From the NCBI RefSeq assembly GCF_001481685.1, contig NZ_CP006867.1, forward strand, positions 1,200,001-1,232,000: a stretch of DNA of 32,000 bases. The letters are read 5' to 3'. The translations under genes and the position numbers were made by a program. This DNA is from Ignicoccus islandicus DSM 13165. GTDB taxonomy: Archaea > Thermoproteota > Thermoprotei_A > Sulfolobales > Ignicoccaceae. The stretch's first letter is position 1; every line of letters starts with the position of its first letter. The notes under the pieces were generated by a model. It saw only the letters and a program-made list of their open reading frames with translations. It did no database searches and was not told the origin of the DNA. This document shows positions 17,327-25,408 of this stretch, one piece after another.

Positions 17327-17768
17327 AACAGAAGTGAGACCGACGGAGGACGAGAGGAAGGTCTTGAAGGCTTTAAAGAGGCTCTTCAACGCGGAATTTC
17401 AATTAATTGAGAGAGGCGAGGGATGGAAAAGTTTCGTAGCTGAATGTAGTGACAAGAGTTGTTTAGAGCCACTGAGAGCGGCGATAATCGGGAAAGCTTT
17501 GTCATCCACCTTTAAGTCCATGCTCAGATCTCTAATAAGGGGTTCCGACTTCCTCATCTTTAAACTTAACAAACAAGCTGCCTTCGCCGGCGTTCCGAGT
17601 TTCGCGGAAGAGGACGTCGACTCTCCCATGGGACCTATTACGGTTGAGGTAACTGGTTCTAAGGAGGAATTAATTGAGCTGATCAATTGGCTGGTGGGTG
17701 AGGAAAGTGGTAGTGATATACAGCGTGATACTAATAGAAGGACGGAAGGTGAGCCACTGCGATCTTAA
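17310..17768 (+). CDS. UPF0201-family (COG1931, predicted RNA-binding) protein
   Basis: N-terminal IRIETEVRPTEDERKVLKALKRLF matches the UPF0201 hallmark (E-V-x-P-T-E-D-x-x-K-V). The TTG start overlaps the upstream gene by 17 nt. Confidence 0.62.
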   Translation: MLIRIETEVRPTEDERKVLKALKRLFNAEFQLIERGEGWKSFVAECSDKSCLEPLRAAIIGKALSSTFKSMLRSLIRGSDFLIFKLNKQAAFAGVPSFAEEDVDSPMGPITVEVTGSKEELIELINWLVGEESGSDIQRDTNRRTEGEPLRS

Positions 17769-18126
17769 GTTAGAGGATGGAAAGATTGTTCTAGAGCTTC
17801 TCGGGAGCAGGATGGATGGTAAGGGTAGGAAGGGATTATCTAAGTCTATGGATCTACTCTTATATAAGATAGAAAAAGAAAAGAGAAAGAAGTATGGCTT
17901 AAAAGAGAAGTTACTGGAACTGGACTTGAACGATGTGAAGTGCTGGAGGGTAGAGGAACATACGGGTAAAGGATTATCGAGGGAATATCCAAATACTTTC
18001 CTCTTCTTGATAAGGGACAAGAGGGGGAATCAGTACAGGATCTTAGTATCTAACAAAGTCTTTAAGCTATTCATGGATACAGTAGTTAAACAGCTTAGAA
18101 GAATGGAAATAGGTAAGTGTTCTTAA
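17698..18126 (+). CDS. Hypothetical basic protein
   Basis: 142-aa Lys/Arg-rich ORF with a GTG start. It overlaps the UPF0201 tail by 71 nt, so the true start may be further downstream. No recognised family. Confidence 0.4.
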   Translation: MRKVVVIYSVILIEGRKVSHCDLKLEDGKIVLELLGSRMDGKGRKGLSKSMDLLLYKIEKEKRKKYGLKEKLLELDLNDVKCWRVEEHTGKGLSREYPNTFLFLIRDKRGNQYRILVSNKVFKLFMDTVVKQLRRMEIGKCS

Positions 18127-18547
18127 TGCATTTATTTAGTACTTCCTTATATTTCCTCCTTACGTGAAGTTCCAAACTGATCGTAACTGCGTCCTTCCAA
18201 TCGAGTACCTTGACCTCGGGAAGTAAGGCAAGGGAACTTAATGTAACCACCTCAGCTACCCCCTTCAAGTCTCCCTTTAGACCTCTTGCGTTAATCCTTA
18301 TTGCTTCAAACAACACATCGGCTTTCTCCTCTGCTATTGATTCCTCTCTTTCCACTATTTTCTCTAAATCGTCCCTTAGGGCGTCGAACCAGTACTTCCC
18401 GTACTCCATAGCATAAGCCTCAATAACTTCCAATACCTCATCTAGCTCCTTACACGCGTATCTCCTAGCCAATCGAGGGGGTAGCTCAAGTAGGGGATAG
18501 TGTTTAACCTTGGCTAAAGTATGTATGGAGAGTTCCCGGAGGTACAT
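18095..18547 (-). CDS. Hypothetical, probably helical, protein
   Basis: 150-aa ORF. It is convergent with the previous ORF and their 3' ends overlap by 32 nt. No recognised family. Confidence 0.45.
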   Translation of the reverse strand: MYLRELSIHTLAKVKHYPLLELPPRLARRYACKELDEVLEVIEAYAMEYGKYWFDALRDDLEKIVEREESIAEEKADVLFEAIRINARGLKGDLKGVAEVVTLSSLALLPEVKVLDWKDAVTISLELHVRRKYKEVLNKCIKNTYLFPFF

Positions 18548-18576
18548 GGTCTCAGTGAATTCACTCCATCTGTAGC

Positions 18577-19386
18577 TTATGTTCCTTTCGGTAATATATT
18601 AATTTTAGTTTGTAACGCGATTCTGTCCTTATAGGAAGGGAATTCTCTAGCTCTCGAAATTTCGTCTTTGGATAACTCAATGGTTAGAATACCTATCCCT
18701 TCTCCAAGCTCTATAGCTTCCCCACTAGGAGTGGCTACGACGCTGTGACCACCGAACGGTCCGTATTTACCCTCTCCCCATCTATTAATTCCTATGGAAT
18801 AAGCTAAGTTCTCGTAACCTCTAGCTTTTACTAAGGCCTTCCATACTTTCACACGACTTCTCGGCCACGCTGCTGGGACCAGAATTACTTCCACTCCTTG
18901 CCGGAAGGGTTCGTATAGCAATTCCGGAAACCTTACCTCGTAACATATTATCACAGAGAACTTGAAGTCCCAAAGCTCGAAAACTGACGGTGGATTGCCA
19001 ACGGAGAAAAGGTCTCGCTCGTTCATCAAATCGAACAACATCAACTTCTTTCTAACGTGAACTACTTCTTTATCTTTGAATATAATATAGGCATTGTATA
19101 GTTTCCCGTTTTCCTCTAACAGTCCTCCAACGCCTATCGCTTTCCCCTTACTTAATTCCCTTATTTCAGACCAAATGCCGTTTATAGTGAAGTTGCCCTC
19201 ACCTATTTCGAAACCCGTTAGGAACATTTCCGGAGTTAAGTAGAAGTCTGCCTTTACGTTTCTCAGCATCATTTTAAGTAGTTCTATATTGGATTCCGTA
19301 TCACTATCTCTAGAAGGGAGTTGAAGAAGGGCTAACTTCAACCCGTCTACTTCCCGCAAGCTCCTCTCAAGGGACAAGTATCGCAC
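18577..19386 (-). CDS. Carbon-nitrogen hydrolase (nitrilase superfamily)
   Basis: Glu-Lys-Cys triad contexts are present: TPEMFLTGF, HVRKKLMLFD and FSVIICYEVRFPE. The maximal ORF starts at GTG 19386. An in-frame TTG at 19341 would give the family-typical N-terminus MKLALLQLP. Confidence 0.85.
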   Translation of the reverse strand: MRYLSLERSLREVDGLKLALLQLPSRDSDTESNIELLKMMLRNVKADFYLTPEMFLTGFEIGEGNFTINGIWSEIRELSKGKAIGVGGLLEENGKLYNAYIIFKDKEVVHVRKKLMLFDLMNERDLFSVGNPPSVFELWDFKFSVIICYEVRFPELLYEPFRQGVEVILVPAAWPRSRVKVWKALVKARGYENLAYSIGINRWGEGKYGPFGGHSVVATPSGEAIELGEGIGILTIELSKDEISRAREFPSYKDRIALQTKINILPKGT

Positions 19387-19523
19387 CCCTCTTCTTCCTT
19401 GCTTTGGAAGTAAGGACAGTTAAGGTAGTCATCGTAGCATGGATATATTCTAGCATCTACTTTAGATTGGATTGCCATGCAAAGAACCGTTGAATCCTTC
19501 AGAGGTACCGCATATGGACACAT
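19347..19523 (-). CDS. Small Cys-rich hypothetical protein (58 aa), below the ORF-track size cutoff
   Basis: Hand translation: MCPYAVPLKDSTVLCMAIQSKVDARIYPCYDDYLNCPYFQSKEEEGCDTCPLRGACGK. It has 7 Cys, including CDTCPLRGAC. GGGTG lies 7 nt upstream of the ATG. The stop TAG (19349-19347) is 5 nt before the alternative TTG start of the nitrilase gene. Confidence 0.35.
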   Translation of the reverse strand: MCPYAVPLKDSTVLCMAIQSKVDARIYPCYDDYLNCPYFQSKEEEGCDTCPLRGACGK

Positions 19524-19666
19524 AATCGAACACCCTTCGATTAGCTTAACGGACGAATAATTCTGTAGCAGTTAACTTTTCTTACCTTCTGGGGATCGGT
19601 GCCGGCGTAGTAGCTCATTCGGAATCGCTTGGGTCGGGCCTTTACCTCATCTCCGAGAAATTTGAT

Positions 19667-20377
19667 CTAGAGTCTTAGAACTCCCAAGAGGAGCAACAAG
19701 TCGCTAATCATTCTTAATCCATACCATACGTTTAGTAATTGGGTTCCCTTCCAAGCGGCGTAAAGCGGGAGTATTACGGCGTATATCAAGAAGCTAAGAG
19801 CTATTAAGAGCGTGCCTTGCGTCCCACCCATTTTATATAGAGTTAAGCCCACTATAGCGATTATCAAGCTACCGGGGATCAAGTAGACCCACTGCGCTAG
19901 CGAGAAGAAGGGGTGTTTTACGTTACTGACGCCCCAGACGCAGTAGAGCCTAAGCGCTAAGAAGGCTATTAAGCCCGCTACGGCGTACAACCTCACCCAC
20001 TTGGCTCGGGAACTTTGGCCGGTAACCTGGAGAAGTTCGGAAATACCTAGCAAGGCCAGTCCCATGAACGCGCCTACCAAGAAGTTCCTCAAGCTCTCGA
20101 ACGCCTTGTAGTTGGGATCATTAACGAACTTGGTTACATCGTAATTGTATTGGGACTTTATTGTTGATAATAGAGTCCCACCTATGGTGTGAGCTACTGC
20201 GTAAAGGAGAACGGAAGTTCCAAAGAAGAGGGCCACCTTACTACCTTCCCTCTTGTAGGCGTAAAGTAGAATAAAACCCACAATATATTCGAGAATTGAG
20301 CTTAGTATAGCTGTTAACAGCACTTTACCTTCTCCTGAGTTTGGTATACAAATTAATCCCTTATATTGATGACTCAT
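19667..20377 (-). CDS. Polytopic membrane protein of unknown function
   Basis: About 6-7 hydrophobic helices. I prefer ATG 20377 (MSHQYKG...) because it overlaps the carS stop codon by 1 nt (TAATG). The longer ORF, to 20488, would lie inside carS. Confidence 0.6.
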   Translation of the reverse strand: MSHQYKGLICIPNSGEGKVLLTAILSSILEYIVGFILLYAYKREGSKVALFFGTSVLLYAVAHTIGGTLLSTIKSQYNYDVTKFVNDPNYKAFESLRNFLVGAFMGLALLGISELLQVTGQSSRAKWVRLYAVAGLIAFLALRLYCVWGVSNVKHPFFSLAQWVYLIPGSLIIAIVGLTLYKMGGTQGTLLIALSFLIYAVILPLYAAWKGTQLLNVWYGLRMISDLLLLLGVLRL

Positions 20378-20883
20378 TACCAAGGCACGTCTTTCAGTCC
20401 CAACCAATACGCGATCCTGTTCGTCATAACATGCAACATAACTATTACAAAGGCCATTACCAACCATGGGAACGCTTGGGGTCTCCAACCGCTAGCAACC
20501 ATTAACGCTGTGGCGCCCAAGAAGAAGTCCAACTGGTCTCCCAAGGGGAAGGGGGCACCTCGGGGCAACCCTATCCTTCTCTTTATAAATGAGAAGAACA
20601 TGTCTCCCAAAAGGGCTCCTAGCGAACCCATAGATCCGTAGAGGAAGTATCTGAAGTCTTCCGTTCCCACCCATAAGCTAGTTGCAACTGTAATTCCGAA
20701 CCACATTCCTAGTAGGAAACCTTCCCACGTCTTTCCATCCCCAAGTATTCTCTTACCATCAACGAAGTTCCTTCCGAAGTCAATAGGTGTACCCCTTTTG
20801 AGGAAAACTGGTGAGGCGTTACTGACCATTGCTGGTAAGTACATCAGCGCTATTTGCAGCAGCTCGTCTAGCAGTTCACCCAA
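20377..20883 (-). CDS. carS: CDP-archaeol synthase (CDP-2,3-bis-O-geranylgeranyl-sn-glycerol synthase)
   Basis: LPAMVSNASPV, GDGKTWEGF, GDMFFSFIKRRIG and PLGDQLDF are the conserved CarS (DUF46) motifs. 168 aa, TTG start. Confidence 0.8.
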   Translation of the reverse strand: MGELLDELLQIALMYLPAMVSNASPVFLKRGTPIDFGRNFVDGKRILGDGKTWEGFLLGMWFGITVATSLWVGTEDFRYFLYGSMGSLGALLGDMFFSFIKRRIGLPRGAPFPLGDQLDFFLGATALMVASGWRPQAFPWLVMAFVIVMLHVMTNRIAYWLGLKDVPW

Positions 20884-21431
20884 CTAACCCCACCCGAGCT
20901 TATCTCGAAGCAGACCAGTTCAATGTTTCCGTTGCATTGTAATTCTAAAAGTCTGTACCCTCCTTCCTTCTCTATTTTACCAATACAGTCAGCCCAAGGT
21001 TCAACGAAGTTCCCGTAACTCATTTCTCCTTCGAAACTAACTTGGTGGACCGACACCCTTAAGCCCTTGTTCGACCCTTTCCTCATCAGCCACGAAACAG
21101 TCATCGCCACTTTAACTCCAAGCTCTGGAGGCAACGTCCTTAATACGTGACTTACGCTATCGATCGCTATGAAATCGTACTTATCGAAGTTCTTAATTAG
21201 GTAAAATAGGAGTTCCTTGAAGTCATCAGCCTTCAATACTTCGCTTTCATCACACTTCAATCTCTCTAAATTAGCAGGGTCTTCCGTTAGAATGTATAAG
21301 GATGATCCGCAGTAAACGTTGTTTATCATGTGAAGAACTAAACTCGTTTTACCAACTCCCGCAGGCCCGTAAAGGGCTACGTGACCTTTACTGGGAAAAG
21401 GCGTACCCTTTGAGCTTTCTCTCGAGCTCAT
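20868..21431 (-). CDS. Small RecA-superfamily P-loop ATPase (RadB/KaiC-like)
   Basis: Walker A LYGPAGVGKTSL and Walker B-like YDFIAIDSVSH. 187 aa. Its start overlaps the end of FAU-1 by 44 nt and its end overlaps the carS start by 16 nt. Confidence 0.62.
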   Translation of the reverse strand: MSSRESSKGTPFPSKGHVALYGPAGVGKTSLVLHMINNVYCGSSLYILTEDPANLERLKCDESEVLKADDFKELLFYLIKNFDKYDFIAIDSVSHVLRTLPPELGVKVAMTVSWLMRKGSNKGLRVSVHQVSFEGEMSYGNFVEPWADCIGKIEKEGGYRLLELQCNGNIELVCFEISSGGVSWVNC

Positions 21432-22794
21432 CGCTGGAGAGCACCTTTACTAATTCGTCCTTCAGTCTTTCCACTAGCTCTTTCAAGTTAAGAGGTAAGT
21501 GTTCAGAATACTTTTCCAACTCCTTTTCGTCAACTATCCTAACGAGGAAGTCTCTCACTAAATCTACTTCTAAATCCACGTACCTGGCCTTACATCCCAA
21601 CACTTCCACCCCGCTGTTTAAGTTAAGGTACATTCCCTTCAATTCCCAGTTAGGACTAAAGTAGGCGTGAATAACGTAGTTCGAGCCTGGCTCTAATATA
21701 GTTATTACTCTATCGCCTTTTTCCTTTCTAACGTTAAGTCCATCGTACTTACCTTCGGTCCTAATTTCTCTATATAGAACTAATTTATCGTTATCAATCA
21801 TCATGATTTTAAATGGTCCTAACCTAATGACGTCCCCATTCAGCTTCTCATGTTCTATTACAAAGCTTCTGCATTCGGCTGCCTTTTCCAAGACGAATTC
21901 CTTTACTTTTACGGTATCCTCGTTCCAGTCCCTTGAAAGCTTGTCACCAAGGTCTACGGCCGTAGTTAGGCTCTTCTCTGCTTTGAGTGAGTGATGAAAC
22001 GGCATTGTAGGAAGAACCTTCCTCCTTATCTCGTCCAGCTTGAACTTATCCTCAAGAATTAAGTTATAAAGCCCCAAGAACTCGCCCTTGTATATGAGTT
22101 CACCTACCTTTGCGTCTTTGGCTCTCTCTAGAACTTCCTCTAGTTTAGATCTCAGCTCCTCTAATTCCAATCTCAGGTCAGTAAGGGAGGCCTTTCTCGC
22201 GGAGGATCTCCAGTGAACCCTAAAGCCGAGTTGAACCAGATCCCTAGCGACCATCATTAAATCTGGCTTTAACGAGTCAGGAATATGCTTAGAGAAGCTG
22301 ACTCCAGGCCTTTTGCCCCACATCAGTTCTGAATAAAACCCTTGAACCCTTACTCCTTCTTCCATTAAGACTTCGTCTTTTGGTAGGACCTTACTCTTAA
22401 CTACTTCCGCGAGTAGAACGCGTCCGCTGTAACAGTTCTCCGTTCTTACCCTTGCGTTGATGCCTTCTACTTCCGTCAAACAGTTCTCATCCACTGCGAC
22501 CTTGTAAGCAGCATGTAAGTTAGGTCTTGCTATATATCTAGGAGACGTAGTTATGATTTCCTCCAAGGCCTCGAAGACGTCTTTGGACTCTTCGTAGAAT
22601 CCGTTAACTATTAGGTGATGGGGAGAAGCGTCGGACGTCTTAACTGTTACGTGAGGGGGCTCGGGAGAGCCTTCGTAGCCTCCGAGCCTTTCCTTTAATT
22701 TATCACTAACGTCAGAAAGCTCGAATCCTTTATCTAAAAGAATTTTCGCTATGGAGGTGGCGTAAATGCCTCTTACCCTGACTCTAATGCTCAT
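21388..22794 (-). CDS. fau-1: FAU-1 / archaeal RNase E/G-like RNA-binding protein (C-terminal DUF402 domain)
   Basis: The N-terminus IRVRVRGIYATSIAKILLDKGFEL is characteristic of FAU-1 proteins. Size is about 470 aa. Confidence 0.78.
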   Translation of the reverse strand: MSIRVRVRGIYATSIAKILLDKGFELSDVSDKLKERLGGYEGSPEPPHVTVKTSDASPHHLIVNGFYEESKDVFEALEEIITTSPRYIARPNLHAAYKVAVDENCLTEVEGINARVRTENCYSGRVLLAEVVKSKVLPKDEVLMEEGVRVQGFYSELMWGKRPGVSFSKHIPDSLKPDLMMVARDLVQLGFRVHWRSSARKASLTDLRLELEELRSKLEEVLERAKDAKVGELIYKGEFLGLYNLILEDKFKLDEIRRKVLPTMPFHHSLKAEKSLTTAVDLGDKLSRDWNEDTVKVKEFVLEKAAECRSFVIEHEKLNGDVIRLGPFKIMMIDNDKLVLYREIRTEGKYDGLNVRKEKGDRVITILEPGSNYVIHAYFSPNWELKGMYLNLNSGVEVLGCKARYVDLEVDLVRDFLVRIVDEKELEKYSEHLPLNLKELVERLKDELVKVLSSDELERKLKGYAFSQ

Positions 22795-22795
22795 T

Positions 22796-23104
22796 CTAAT
22801 CCTTAACCGTCTCCAAGAGGGTCATTATATTCCATATGGTTATTCTGGTGTGAATTGGCATATTCGGGTCTTGCGCTATCTCGTCTAGTGCGCTTATTGC
22901 ATTGGCTGCCCTGACTCCGGGGCTCAATCTCTCGTCTTCTAGGTGCCTTACTGCTTCGATACACACCCTCCTTATGTTTCTTGGAACGGAGGGGTCGTTT
23001 ATTATTCTCATCAGCATAGTTAAGGCTTGTCTAATTTTCGCTTCGTTGTCGTACGTACTGGCCACGCAGATCTCACCTCCTCTATAGGGGCTTAGTAGAG
23101 GCAT
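22796..23104 (-). CDS. UPF0147-family protein (COG1698)
   Basis: [10 protein letters not shown]...[33 protein letters not shown] matches the UPF0147 repeat pattern. 102 aa. Confidence 0.7.
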   Translation of the reverse strand: MPLLSPYRGGEICVASTYDNEAKIRQALTMLMRIINDPSVPRNIRRVCIEAVRHLEDERLSPGVRAANAISALDEIAQDPNMPIHTRITIWNIMTLLETVKD

Positions 23105-23425
23105 TTAAGATCCGTTATTTCCGACTTTAACCTCTTGAAGAAGAATTTCTATTGCCCTTAAGTTCTCCAAGAGATCGTCTATTATTTTATCGTCGTTCGT
23201 GAGCTTCTCGAGTATTTGTCTCCCTACATCGGTAATTTTGTAGACGCCGTTGTCGTCTACAGTCATTAAGCCTTCATCTACCATTTTCTTTAAGGTTGGA
23301 TAGATAGTGCTCTTTGGGGGCACCCACCTACCATTGCTCTTGTTCTTTATTTCCCTTAGAATATCGTATCCGTTCTTAGGCTTTTCGTTTACAGACTTTA
23401 TAATATATATTTTTAAGGGATTCAT
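23105..23425 (-). CDS. PadR-family transcriptional regulator
   Basis: KPKNGYDILREIKNKSNGRWVPPKSTIYPTLKKMVDEGLM is a winged-helix PadR signature. ATG 23425 is preferred (GGAAGGT lies 5 nt upstream). The ORF stays open to TTG 23500. Confidence 0.75.
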   Translation of the reverse strand: MNPLKIYIIKSVNEKPKNGYDILREIKNKSNGRWVPPKSTIYPTLKKMVDEGLMTVDDNGVYKITDVGRQILEKLTNDDKIIDDLLENLRAIEILLQEVKVGNNGS

Positions 23426-23528
23426 TTTGACCTTCCTTTCACCTACATCTACAGTTACTTCGAAGAGCTTTCTCACGACCGACACCCCTAACCGTTTCAA
23501 CTGTGAACATACGTTATATTCGTAATTG

Positions 23529-24176
23529 TTATATCTTTATAAATCTCTCTAACTTCTGTGCGACCAATCCTCCCTTCTTGATATCTTCAACCAACCCTCT
23601 AAGGGAATCGTAATGTAGAGCGTTAACTTCTCTAGATAAATCCTTCCTCTTTCCTATAACTATTCCTAAATCCGATTTCCTTAGCATCCATGCATCGTTA
23701 TACCCATCACCAATTGAGATTATTACATCGAACCAAGGTTTTATTTTGTCCACTACTTCGCCCTTGTCTTTAAACGCTGTGTAAACGCCTACTACCTTTC
23801 CTTCGTGATAAAGGAATTTCTGGGAAACGAAGTCATCAACCCCTAGTTCGTTAGATATTGGCGATACGAACTCTTCGAAGCCTCCCGAAACAACTATGGT
23901 CGTAAAACCGAGTTTCTTTAAGACGGTAACCAGTTCCCGCGCTTCAGGCTTTATCTTGGATAGAGCTAAGGAAGACACTTCCTCTATTAGGCTCTTAGGA
24001 GTACCTATTATTGCCTTAACCCTTTCAATAAAGCTTTCGAACCAAGGTTGGCCGCTCAGTCCTCTTTCTAGTAGGTCTCTTAGAACCTCCCCCTTTTCGT
24101 GGCGTCTCGATAGCTCTTCCCAGAACTCGTAGTCCAATAAGGTTCCTTCGAGGTCTAGTAAAGCAGCCATCTTCAA
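23529..24176 (-). CDS. HAD-superfamily hydrolase, subfamily IB (phosphoserine phosphatase-like)
   Basis: Motif I LLDLEGTL, motif II VVSGGF, and motif III/IV KIKP...GDGYNDAWML. Confidence 0.75.
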   Translation of the reverse strand: MKMAALLDLEGTLLDYEFWEELSRRHEKGEVLRDLLERGLSGQPWFESFIERVKAIIGTPKSLIEEVSSLALSKIKPEARELVTVLKKLGFTTIVVSGGFEEFVSPISNELGVDDFVSQKFLYHEGKVVGVYTAFKDKGEVVDKIKPWFDVIISIGDGYNDAWMLRKSDLGIVIGKRKDLSREVNALHYDSLRGLVEDIKKGGLVAQKLERFIKI

Positions 24177-24222
24177 TGATCGAACCCTTGAAAGGTGGGC
24201 ATGTAAAATAATAAAAAGGGAT

Positions 24223-24846
24223 TTACCTCGAGGATAGGGCTATTCTCTCTATCTCCTCTTTCTTACTGACTGCGTAGCTCTTCGGATCGTCGTTTGCTGC
24301 TGCAACTATTTCCTCGGCTAGCGCTTCTTCAAGTGGTATAGTACTCTTGAAAGACTTCAATCTGGCTCCTTCCGCAATGAATCGCAAAGCTAGATCAACC
24401 CTTCTTTGGGGACTGACGTCCACTGCTACGTGATAAACTATACCACCGTACATTATTCTAGTGGTCTCTTCCCTAGGCGCTGCGTTCTCTATTGCCCTCA
24501 CTAATACTTGGAGTGGATTTTGACCTGTTTGCAAGTATATTATATCGAAAGCTTTCTCTACCACATTGTATATCTTGGCCTTCTTACCCATGTTCCTCCC
24601 GGGTCTCATTAACTTATTTATTAACCTCTCAACTATCGGTACTTCAGCTTTTCCGAACCTCCTCTTCTCGTGTCTACCAGCCGTGTAGGGAGTCCAGACA
24701 GGCCTTAGGGATATGTACTTTTTCAGGCTAGGGTCCCTTATCTCGACTCCGTCGAAGTCCCACTTACCGAAGAGCTTTGGTTCCAACGGACTTATGGTCT
24801 CCCTTTCCAACTTGCCGCCTACCCCTACTCCACCACGTCGGTGCAA
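24223..24846 (-). CDS. rps7: 30S ribosomal protein S7 (uS7)
   Basis: [24 protein letters not shown] and [16 protein letters not shown]. The maximal ORF starts at TTG 24846. An in-frame TTG at 24810 would give a more typical N-terminal length. Confidence 0.9.
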   Translation of the reverse strand: MHRRGGVGVGGKLERETISPLEPKLFGKWDFDGVEIRDPSLKKYISLRPVWTPYTAGRHEKRRFGKAEVPIVERLINKLMRPGRNMGKKAKIYNVVEKAFDIIYLQTGQNPLQVLVRAIENAAPREETTRIMYGGIVYHVAVDVSPQRRVDLALRFIAEGARLKSFKSTIPLEEALAEEIVAAANDDPKSYAVSKKEEIERIALSSR

Positions 24847-24960
24847 TTAAATACTATGTCTTTAATTACAATTCACAAATTAGATCTTTTTAGAACTTAA
24901 AGTTGCGCATTAGAGTTCATAAGCGGAACCAAATCGGTAAGGCTACTGGGTTGAGAACCA

Positions 24961-25395
24961 TTGGGACGTGAAATCAAAGTCGTGAATGTTGAAGCCTTGA
25001 TAAAGCCGCTACCGCCGCAGATACCGACGCTAGTATTATACCTAGAGGACGGGAGGGAGTTCGTACTGTACAACGTCCCTTATGAAGTGGTTAAAAGCAT
25101 CAACAAACTACAAGGCGTTAGTATAAGAGAGAGACCTAGGGAAACTATCTTCGACTTGTTTACCTACTTCAAAGGCATTAGAGACGAGCTCGAGAAAATA
25201 GTTGAGAAAGTCGTAATAGATGAGGTAGATGAATACACTGGCCTCTATACCGCTAAGCTTTACATAAACTTGAAAGCGATGAAGATGATCATACCGATGG
25301 TACCTAGTCATGCCATATACATAGCACTCGTAGTGGAGAAACCGATTTACGTCGATGAAAGTTTAATAAAGAATAAAGAAGACTACGAGGTTTAA
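24961..25395 (+). CDS. Bifunctional-nuclease-domain (BFN/DUF151) protein
   Basis: TLVLYLEDGREFVLYNVPYEVVKSI, RERPRETIFDLF (equivalent to RP.THDL) and MVPSHAIYIALVVEKPIYVDESLI parallel the DUF151 pattern. TTG start. Confidence 0.6.
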   Translation: MGREIKVVNVEALIKPLPPQIPTLVLYLEDGREFVLYNVPYEVVKSINKLQGVSIRERPRETIFDLFTYFKGIRDELEKIVEKVVIDEVDEYTGLYTAKLYINLKAMKMIIPMVPSHAIYIALVVEKPIYVDESLIKNKEDYEV

Positions 25396-25408
25396 ATGTT
25401 TACTTGAT

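Noticed and set aside
19591-19654. GC-rich segment with a possible 6-bp closing helix (GGGGAT...ATCTCC) and a TAGCTCA string reminiscent of a tRNA D-arm
   Set aside because: It is only about 64 nt long. I could not fold a 7-bp acceptor stem, a T-arm (GTTCRANNC) or an anticodon arm by eye. It is more likely 3' UTR or promoter sequence. A tRNAscan or Infernal run would settle it.
20366-20674. ORFs 20366-20641 (+) and 20492-20674 (-), and the 5' extension of the membrane protein to 20488
   Set aside because: All fall inside the carS coding region, which carries the conserved CarS motifs. The membrane protein has a clean TAATG-coupled start at 20377.
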